NCBI GenBank assembly: GCA_964591445.1
Contig: CAZQAW010000001.1
Location: forward strand, 83,010 to 147,009
DNA length: 64,000 bases
Direction of reading: 5' to 3'
Source: an uncultured Candidatus Saccharibacteria bacterium
GTDB lineage: Bacteria > Patescibacteriota > Minisyncoccia > Phycocordibacterales > UBA9973
In this document: piece after piece, positions 56,865 through 64,000 of the stretch
Layout of the letters: each line of letters begins with the position of its first letter
Numbering within the stretch: position 1 is the first letter of the stretch
Translations under genes and position numbers: made by a program
Notes under the pieces: generated by a model
Told to the model about the DNA's origin: nothing
Seen by the model: only the letters and a program-made list of their open reading frames with translations
The model's database searches: none

Positions 56865-57578
56865 TTATTCATATAAAACAGTTAAAATGCCAGTACCAGA
56901 GAAATCACCTTGGTTTGGGGTATGGATTGTTATTACAGATTTTCCATATTTGTAATCTATGTTAGGATTAACATTTATTTTTTCCTCTGGAATTCGTATC
57001 TTTGGATAAATACCGCCAAAAATAATTTGGTCTGAGTTGAAATGCTGAGTGTAAACAAGTTTATCGTTCTTTGACATTGAATTACTGCCAGCATATAACT
57101 TTACATCGGCGGTAATTAACATTTTTTCTGTTGCGTCACTAGTTATAATATCTCCATTTTTATCTAAATATACTACTTCAAGAACAGGTCCATCATTTTC
57201 AACATCAGCATCCCAATTATCCTGTAGTCCTCCACTAACTCGTATAGCAGATAGTCCGTCTATCTGTAAAGTTTTATTAGATGATATTGGTGTTGTTGGG
57301 ACAACTTGAGTATTTGCGACCACTGGTACAGTTTTTGGAGTGGTAACTATTTTATTTTGAACCACTGTATCTTTTTGTATTACGTTAGTTTCTGCTACCG
57401 CAACAGGACTACTTACTGTTGATTCGACAATTGGAATCTCATCTTGTATTGGAATTTGAGCAATAGGTTCTTTTTTGTTTGAGAATTTAGAACCAACAAA
57501 TAGACCAATAACAAGTATTGCAACTATAACAACAATCTTACCTGTTATAGTTTCCATAAATTGTTTTACATCTTTCAT
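56865..57578 (-). CDS. Membrane-anchored hypothetical protein
   Basis: N-terminal TM, P/T/V-rich linker, beta-rich C-terminal domain. Confidence 0.75.
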   Translation of the reverse strand: MKDVKQFMETITGKIVVIVAILVIGLFVGSKFSNKKEPIAQIPIQDEIPIVESTVSSPVAVAETNVIQKDTVVQNKIVTTPKTVPVVANTQVVPTTPISSNKTLQIDGLSAIRVSGGLQDNWDADVENDGPVLEVVYLDKNGDIITSDATEKMLITADVKLYAGSNSMSKNDKLVYTQHFNSDQIIFGGIYPKIRIPEEKINVNPNIDYKYGKSVITIHTPNQGDFSGTGILTVLYE

Positions 57579-57589
57579 ATTAGATTTAC

Positions 57590-57746
57590 TTTTGCGTTTT
57601 TAGTGATAAAACCTAGTGATAAGACGCAAAAAGCCCACCACATAGGTAGAGACCGAAGTCTCTCATATCAGTTTCCCGATACGGCATATCACGCGACCCC
57701 ATATGATGGGTTCTTTATGCGTGATATGACTAACTTTCACCATGCC
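57590..57746 (-). ncRNA. Candidate structured cis-regulatory RNA / ncRNA
   Basis: Multi-stem fold with GAAA and cUUCGg tetraloops, downstream of TATAAT (57799-57794). Confidence 0.6.
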
Positions 57747-57878
57747 TTTATTTCTAAAGGTTTAGGCTACTTAAACTATTAACTTGTAAAGAAATTATAC
57801 CTTATTTTTTAAGGTTGCACCATATTAGCTCACATTTAAATATTTGTGTAGTCTAGTTATCAACAGGTTAGTAGCATG

Positions 57879-59351
57879 CTATACGAGCATTTCTTTTTCT
57901 TTTGTAAAATTTATAGCAACTTGTCTATTTTTAACCTTTTCTTTTTCTCCTCTATTAAATCCGTCTTTTACAGCATTTATTATAAAACTCATTTTATAGT
58001 AAGATGTTATTGCAAAGAATATCAAAGTTATTGGTATGACAGAATGATAGGTTCCATGATCGTTTGATTTTGATATTTTTAAAAAATCTTCACATGGAAT
58101 TTCACACATAAAATCCTTAATCAACCCAACTCCTGGTCTCTCTATTTTTTTGTTGCTTTCACGGTCTAAATATTCGACTTTCCATCCATCATTTTCAAAT
58201 TTATTTTTAAGAGCATCAACACTAAGGAAAACCTTAATTTCAAGGCATCCCATCATCATACGAATGCAATCCCTTGGAGAGAAAGGCAAAACAGACTGAG
58301 GGGTTAAATTTCTAGGATACTGGTTATCTTCCATATAAAATGATTCAGTGCTAGATAAATCTATGACTTTACTAGTTTTATTTTTTAACCATTCTGGTCT
58401 ATTATTTCTTGCATTTTTCTTCTTCTGCATAATACTATCAGCATTTTTGTTAGAAATAGAAAGACTATCACTAATTTTATCCCAAGCAGTTATTTCTATA
58501 AAATATCCATCTTCTAATTCTTTTTGTTCAAAACCACTTTTATTGGCTTTTTTAATAATCTTTTTAATTTCACGAACATGAGCTTGTATTTTGATATCAG
58601 AGTTAACAATATCAGCTCTTTTAATAAAATCAGGGGTTCCATCTTCTTTAAATATTGGAATCTCAATGGAATTGTTTATTATTCCCATTTGAGCAATTAA
58701 ATGTCTTTGATCTTGACGGCTAACACCACTAGGTCCATGGTTTTTTATTTTTTCAAAAATATCTGATGTTTCAATTATTTTCTTGCCATCCTTTTTTAGT
58801 TCATAAAGTAAAATTTTTTCATCCTTAGTAATATGAGTTATATCGCCTATACGCAAACAATGAGTTAGATCGTTTATAATATTTATACCGTGTCTGGTAC
58901 TTGTAAATTTAGTAAGAATTTTTGCGTAAGAATTAGAGATAAAGCCAGAACCTTGATTTTCTGAAAGTAATCTAATGACTGGGCGGTTGAAATTTAAAAC
59001 ACGCCAAGCTATACCATCCATTATTGTGTGAAAAATTCTAATCCACTCTTGATAAATAATTATTTTATCTTCAAGATCTTTTTTTGTTTTTTCATCTAAA
59101 TCTAATTTTTTATATTCAATTTTAAATTTCTGTAAATCTTCTTGAAATTTTGGTAAATTCCTTAATGCTCCCATTTGTATTACGCCTATCCAAAAACCGT
59201 TCCTTTTTAAAAAAGGTATACGAGTTCTTTTAAGTAATTTTGTAAAATATCTCAAAAGTTGGGTGTAGTTTTTTGATGACACAAGAGAAATTCTTTTACT
59301 TATATAATCAAGAAATTTCTTTGCATCTTTTTCATTATCGGTAGTTTCCAC
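57879..59351 (-). CDS. Hypothetical protein, possible PD-(D/E)xK nuclease
   Basis: IGDITHI...LYELK; likely GTG start at 59351, 6 nt after TATAAT. Confidence 0.65.
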   Translation of the reverse strand: METTDNEKDAKKFLDYISKRISLVSSKNYTQLLRYFTKLLKRTRIPFLKRNGFWIGVIQMGALRNLPKFQEDLQKFKIEYKKLDLDEKTKKDLEDKIIIYQEWIRIFHTIMDGIAWRVLNFNRPVIRLLSENQGSGFISNSYAKILTKFTSTRHGINIINDLTHCLRIGDITHITKDEKILLYELKKDGKKIIETSDIFEKIKNHGPSGVSRQDQRHLIAQMGIINNSIEIPIFKEDGTPDFIKRADIVNSDIKIQAHVREIKKIIKKANKSGFEQKELEDGYFIEITAWDKISDSLSISNKNADSIMQKKKNARNNRPEWLKNKTSKVIDLSSTESFYMEDNQYPRNLTPQSVLPFSPRDCIRMMMGCLEIKVFLSVDALKNKFENDGWKVEYLDRESNKKIERPGVGLIKDFMCEIPCEDFLKISKSNDHGTYHSVIPITLIFFAITSYYKMSFIINAVKDGFNRGEKEKVKNRQVAINFTKEKEMLV

Positions 59352-59437
59352 AATCCAATTATAGCAAAAAGTTACCAACATCTAGAACTCGGGACGCTCT
59401 GGACTCCTAGGGACGGTTGCGTCATTAATGTAGGTAT

Positions 59438-60766
59438 ATGAAAATAGATAACCCAAATCAAGATAAAGGTGTCGAGAAAATTAAGGTCGAACCAAAGAAG
59501 ATCAGGTACTGCCTTTATGCAAGAAAATCAACAGAATCAGAGGAAAGACAAGTCCTTTCCATAGACAGCCAAATCAGCGAGATGCTCCAATTAGCCGATC
59601 GTGAGGGGCTTGAGGTGGTCACCATGAAGCGTGAAAGCCATAGTGCTAAAGAGACTGGACAAAGACCTGTATTTAACGAAATTATTGAAGAAATCAAACA
59701 AGACAAATTTAATGCAATCCTCACTTGGGCACCCGATCGTATTTCAAGAAATGCGGGTGATCTTGGAAAAATAGTAGACTTAATGGATTCAGGTAAACTA
59801 CACATGATAAGAACCTTCGGACAAACATTTGGGAATAATCCTAATGAGAAATTTCTTCTTATGATTCTTGGTTCACAAGCAAAACTAGAAAATGATAACA
59901 GAGGAATAAATGTGAAGAGAGGGTTACGAACGAGAGTAGAGATGGGATTATGGCCTGGGATGGCACCACTTGGCTACTTAAATCAAAAGTTAATGGATAG
60001 GAAGTGTCAGATAGTAATTGATCCAGATAGAGCACCTATTATAAAGAAAATGTTTGAGAAAGTGGTATATGAACACTGGAGTGGAAGAAAGGTATACAAC
60101 TGGTTAAGATTTGATTTAAACTTCTATACTCGAGGAAACAAACCCCTGACACTCTCAGGGGTTTATCGTATCTTTAATATGCCAATCTATTATGGACCAT
60201 TTGAATATCCTAGAAATTCTGATAACTGGTATCAAGGAAGTCATACACCAATAATTACTCAAGAGTTATTTGAAAAAGCTCAGGCACAATTAAAGAGAGA
60301 TAGAATTGTAAGAGAAAATAGAGAGTTTACCTTCACTAAATTATTTACATGTGGAATGTGTAGTTCAGGGATATCCGCTCAAGAAAAATATAAAGAACTT
60401 AAAGATGGAACAACTGCTAAATATGTCTACTACTCTTGTTCAAAATCTAGAGATAGGAATTGTAAAAATAAATACATACGAGAAGAAGAATTGATAGATG
60501 AATTATTTAAAGTAATTGATAAGGTAAGTATTAACGAGCTAGGGATGAGAATAAAACTTGAAGAAGAAATCAAACGATTCAATCGACTTCAAAGATTAGC
60601 AACAAAAGGCACACCAAAATACTCAATAAATGAGGACGATGTAAACACTAGAGAATATGCCAAGTATGTACTTAGAGAAGGCACACCGCTCGAAAAAAGA
60701 GAATTGCTTGGACATTTAAGGAGTAGGTTGATACTGAATGATAAAAAAATCACATTAGTAACTTAA
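59438..60766 (+). CDS. Large serine recombinase
   Basis: YARKS catalytic motif, DRISRN, APLGY recombinase domain, CGMC...YYSC...C zinc ribbon. Confidence 0.93.
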   Translation: MKIDNPNQDKGVEKIKVEPKKIRYCLYARKSTESEERQVLSIDSQISEMLQLADREGLEVVTMKRESHSAKETGQRPVFNEIIEEIKQDKFNAILTWAPDRISRNAGDLGKIVDLMDSGKLHMIRTFGQTFGNNPNEKFLLMILGSQAKLENDNRGINVKRGLRTRVEMGLWPGMAPLGYLNQKLMDRKCQIVIDPDRAPIIKKMFEKVVYEHWSGRKVYNWLRFDLNFYTRGNKPLTLSGVYRIFNMPIYYGPFEYPRNSDNWYQGSHTPIITQELFEKAQAQLKRDRIVRENREFTFTKLFTCGMCSSGISAQEKYKELKDGTTAKYVYYSCSKSRDRNCKNKYIREEELIDELFKVIDKVSINELGMRIKLEEEIKRFNRLQRLATKGTPKYSINEDDVNTREYAKYVLREGTPLEKRELLGHLRSRLILNDKKITLVT

Positions 60767-60812
60767 TACTATAATATTTCAAAAAATCATTGAAAATGGT
60801 AATATTTAATAT

Positions 60813-61493
60813 ATGAAAAAAGTAATTATCTTAGGGGCTAGCGATGGACTTGGTAAGGCAATTGCCAGCTTGTGTATTAATGAAAAGATAGAAGTAATTA
60901 ATATAAGTAGAACACCTTGTGACATATCAGGTGTTACTAATTTTGCTTGTGACTTATCAATAGAAAAAGACATCGATAACGCTGTTAATACTATAAAAGA
61001 GAAACATCGTGATTTTGATGCAATTATAAATTGTGTCGCCATTGTGGCAATGGAAAAGATAAATGAAATTACATATCCTAAATTTGAAAAAGCATTTAAA
61101 ATAAACACGATCGCACCTTTATACTTTTTATCCTCCTTATTTGATAACATTGTAAAAAATGAAGCTGATATATTGAATATTGGCACAACAGCAGATTTAA
61201 AAGCTGGATTTGTTGATCAACTAGCATATACCTCAACTAAATACGGATTAAGGGGTGGTTCATATAACCTTGGGTTAGAATTAGCAAAAACAAAAAGCAG
61301 AATGATATATGTCCACTGTGGTGGGATGAATACACAAATGCATGAAAAAGATTACGGAAAGAAAATAGAAGACCCAGAAGAATGGATGAACCCTAGTGAT
61401 GTAGCTGGTATAGTTTTGTATTTATTAAAGCTACCAAAACAAGTAGAAATAACAGAAATTACTATCAGTCGCAAGAAAAGAAGATTAATGTAA
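60813..61493 (+). CDS. SDR family oxidoreductase
   Basis: GASDGLG and YTSTK motifs. Confidence 0.9.
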   Translation: MKKVIILGASDGLGKAIASLCINEKIEVINISRTPCDISGVTNFACDLSIEKDIDNAVNTIKEKHRDFDAIINCVAIVAMEKINEITYPKFEKAFKINTIAPLYFLSSLFDNIVKNEADILNIGTTADLKAGFVDQLAYTSTKYGLRGGSYNLGLELAKTKSRMIYVHCGGMNTQMHEKDYGKKIEDPEEWMNPSDVAGIVLYLLKLPKQVEITEITISRKKRRLM

Positions 61494-61508
61494 AAAATAT
61501 AAAATTTT

Positions 61509-61907
61509 ATGATAGAAAATATTTATCCAGAAGATTGGCAACAAACAAGAGGTTTCTATTCACCAGCAAAAAAGATTGATATGGGGAGTTTTTATATGAT
61601 CTATGTATCTGGTCAACAGGTTGGTAAGAATGAAAACAACGAAGCTATAACAGATGATATAGAAGAACAAACAGAGCTTGTTTTTCAGTCAATTGAAAGT
61701 ATATTAAAACCTGCTGGTGCCTCAATGAAAGATGTTGTTAAAGCTCAAATATTTTTGACTGATATAAATGACTTTCCAAAAGTTTCTGCTATTAGAGATA
61801 AATGGTTTGCGGAGAGTAAGCCAGTTAGCACTTTACTTGAAGTTAATGCAATGACTCGCAAAGGTGCAAAGATTGAAATTGAAGTGACTGCAATTATCAA
61901 AAAATAA
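61509..61907 (+). CDS. RidA/YjgF family protein
   Basis: YSPA, YVSGQ, VVKAQIFL, PVST and KIEIEVTA motifs. Confidence 0.9.
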   Translation: MIENIYPEDWQQTRGFYSPAKKIDMGSFYMIYVSGQQVGKNENNEAITDDIEEQTELVFQSIESILKPAGASMKDVVKAQIFLTDINDFPKVSAIRDKWFAESKPVSTLLEVNAMTRKGAKIEIEVTAIIKK

Positions 61908-61911
61908 TATT

Positions 61912-62514
61912 ATGAAATACGAATTTATAGCAGTTGATATACAAAATGATTTTGCGACAGAGGGTGGTAAATTTTATACTTATAAACCCTCAATTACTTT
62001 TCTTAAAGAAAATATTTTTCCTTATCTAAAAGAAAAGAATATAAAAGTAAATGAAATTGTTTCTGATTATAGACAACCTAGACCTGGTGATTACGGTGAG
62101 GGGTGTATCCCTGGAGAGTGGAGCTATGAATCAGTAATGCCTAAAGATTTACAGAAATCATTATGGGTAAAATGCATGAATTCTCCAATATGGATAAGAA
62201 AAAACGGAGGAAATCCTAAAAAGAAAGCTGGTTTACCTTATGCAGACTCTAAAAAGTTTGGTAAATGGATAAAGAAGAATATAGGTAATCGAGAAGATAA
62301 AACACCAGTTATTTTTGGTCTAACTATTGATTGTTGTGTATTGTCTACTGTTCAAGAATTTAGATGGAGAGGTTTTAATCCCATTGTTATTAGAGAAGCA
62401 GTTGATACATCAAATGGAATAATAGAAGATAGAGATATTATATTAGAAAAAACGGCACTTCGTTGGTGGGGTAAAACTATGAATTGGGAAGATTTTAAAA
62501 AACTTATAGATTAA
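61912..62514 (+). CDS. Isochorismatase-family cysteine hydrolase
   Basis: VDIQNDF and GLTIDCCVLST motifs. Confidence 0.85.
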   Translation: MKYEFIAVDIQNDFATEGGKFYTYKPSITFLKENIFPYLKEKNIKVNEIVSDYRQPRPGDYGEGCIPGEWSYESVMPKDLQKSLWVKCMNSPIWIRKNGGNPKKKAGLPYADSKKFGKWIKKNIGNREDKTPVIFGLTIDCCVLSTVQEFRWRGFNPIVIREAVDTSNGIIEDRDIILEKTALRWWGKTMNWEDFKKLID

Positions 62515-62518
62515 ATTT

Positions 62519-62911
62519 ATGGAAAATTATAGAGGTGTAATAATTGAAGAAAGCCTAGAAAATAAAGAAGTGCTTAAAAAGGTGCAGATTTTGGAAACCG
62601 AGATAAGTGTTGTTACAGAAAAACATAAGACTCCTTGGATCAAACAATGGACATTGCATACTGTTTTAATTCCAGAAAACGAAGCTGAGAGCATAGCTAA
62701 GGAGCTGAGCGTTTCTTTGGATACAGAGCATAATTGGTATGCTGATTATAGAAGTAAAACTCATCATTATATTATTTTTAGGGATAAAGTTTTTTATATA
62801 AACAGAAAGAGTATAGAAGAATATAATAAAGCAAAAGAATACGGTCTTTCTTTGGGTATTCCGTCATATCAAGTAGATTTTCATCCAGATATTAAGGATT
62901 GGGAAAAATAA
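62519..62911 (+). CDS. Hypothetical protein
   Basis: GVIIEESL...WYAD...AKEYGLSLGIP..Q.DF. Confidence 0.7.
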   Translation: MENYRGVIIEESLENKEVLKKVQILETEISVVTEKHKTPWIKQWTLHTVLIPENEAESIAKELSVSLDTEHNWYADYRSKTHHYIIFRDKVFYINRKSIEEYNKAKEYGLSLGIPSYQVDFHPDIKDWEK

Positions 62912-62916
62912 ATAAT

Positions 62917-63399
62917 ATGATTAATCAAAAACAACTTTGTGAATTTTTAGTAAAAGCCAAAAAGGCAGGATACGCCAGTGGAAATAATGCTAACAAACTC
63001 AAAGAAAAGAATAGATCCAAAACGATAACTTTTAAAAGTGGTAATTGGTTGTATTACGACAACTACTTTGGCGGTGAACCGTATGGTGGAGAAGAAATAG
63101 TTTTCTTTAAAAATCAACCAGTTTATATGATGGTTTACTATGGTTCTGTCGATAAATCAGTTAAGGATTTTAAGGAAGTATATAAATGCTTACAAGAAGC
63201 TCTTACTCTCATACTTAAAGATAAACCTTTTCGTGGCCCTAAATTTTATAAGAATGGAAACTATGCGTATAGAAATTGGTTTAATGGAAAAATAGATAAT
63301 TTTTCTGGTATAGAGAAAATATATTTCGGAAAAAAGAAAATTTACGAAGCCAGATATGTCGGTGGCTTAGTTGATCAAAGAAAAGAAAAAAATGGATAA
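62917..63399 (+). CDS. DUF5680-like protein
   Basis: FLVKAKKAGYA, YYDNYFGGEPYGGEE and PFRGP motifs; ATG at 62917. Confidence 0.75.
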   Translation: MINQKQLCEFLVKAKKAGYASGNNANKLKEKNRSKTITFKSGNWLYYDNYFGGEPYGGEEIVFFKNQPVYMMVYYGSVDKSVKDFKEVYKCLQEALTLILKDKPFRGPKFYKNGNYAYRNWFNGKIDNFSGIEKIYFGKKKIYEARYVGGLVDQRKEKNG

Positions 63400-63985
63400 A
63401 AAAACTATAGATACGTATAACCAAATGGCAAAAGAATATGATGATGAAACCATTGATTTTTGGGATAGATTTCCACGAACATTTTTTGATGAATTTATTA
63501 ATTCTGTTAATGGAAAAGTAATAGACATAGGAAGCGGACCTGGTCGTGATGGAATGGTACTTAAAGAAAAAGGATTGGAAGTTGTTTGTTTAGATGCTTC
63601 AGAAGCGATGGTACAACTTTCTAAACAAAAAGGATTGGAATCTATTGTTGGGGATCTATTAAATCTTCCTTTCCCTAATGAGACCTTTAGTGGAGCTTGG
63701 GCATATACATCCTTACTGCATGTTTCAAAGAAAGATGTAGATAAAGCTTTTTCTGAAATAAATAGAATTTTAAATAAAGATGGTATTCTGGGTCTAGGAA
63801 TGATAGAAGGAGAAACTGAAGAATATAGAGAAAGTTCTGGAGTAAATATGCCTCGTCTCTTTAGTTTTTACACAAAAGAAGAATTAGAAACATTATTAAA
63901 CAAACATGGCTTTAAAGTTATATACTTTGAAACTTTTAAACCAGGGAGTAAAAATTACTTAAATTTTATTGCAAAGAAAATATAA
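63392..63985 (+). CDS. Class I SAM-dependent methyltransferase
   Basis: DIGSGPGRD and SLLHV motifs; ATG at 63392. Confidence 0.88.
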   Translation: MDKKTIDTYNQMAKEYDDETIDFWDRFPRTFFDEFINSVNGKVIDIGSGPGRDGMVLKEKGLEVVCLDASEAMVQLSKQKGLESIVGDLLNLPFPNETFSGAWAYTSLLHVSKKDVDKAFSEINRILNKDGILGLGMIEGETEEYRESSGVNMPRLFSFYTKEELETLLNKHGFKVIYFETFKPGSKNYLNFIAKKI

Positions 63986-64000
63986 AAAATATGCAAACCA

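Larger units (their letters stand above)
47230..64000. mobile_element. AT-rich integrative island (methyltransferases, DGR, large serine recombinase); right boundary not resolved
   Basis: Visible shift to AT-rich composition near 47.2 kb; serine recombinase, phage-type methylases and DGR; att sites not identified. Confidence 0.7.

Noticed and set aside
57561-57782. 73-aa plus-strand ORF
   Set aside because: Overlaps the structured RNA candidate on the opposite strand and has no protein features.
47230-60766. Intact prophage
   Set aside because: No recognisable capsid, portal, large terminase, tail or lysis genes.
1-64000. Second VR or remote DGR target
   Set aside because: No further copy of the TR 3' tract was noticed by eye. 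A BLASTN of TR against the genome is needed to exclude one.
1-64000. CRISPR array, cas genes or rRNA
   Set aside because: No regularly spaced repeat-spacer array or rRNA-like sequence seen; the Cas4-like motif belongs to the helicase fusion.

Overview
This looks like a bacterial chromosomal segment from a Patescibacteria/CPR (Parcubacteria-like) genome. That assignment is an inference from the short SMC, Cys-free L32, pilin cluster, near-leaderless genes and short palindromic repeats. Positions 1-47.1 kb are mostly housekeeping: smc, rnc, nusB-Nudix, rpmF, four tRNAs, thrS, gyrB, a single-chain organelle-type PheRS, a type IV pilus/T2SS cluster, trhO, a UvrD-nuclease, NDH-2 and a 2043-aa PhoD surface protein. 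This part is interspersed with AT-rich orphan cassettes and a DUF559 nuclease bracketed by inverted repeats. From about 47.2 kb to the end is an AT-rich island with two DNA methyltransferases, a large serine recombinase and a complete diversity-generating retroelement (DGR). The DGR has target 52446-53363, VR 53227-53357 and TR 53732-53862, with 15/15 mismatches at TR adenines. Its avd is inverted and abuts the RT start codon with no spacer (CATATG). The island also holds an unassigned multi-stem structured RNA at 57590-57746. Protein family calls come from motif recognition by eye; no searches were run.
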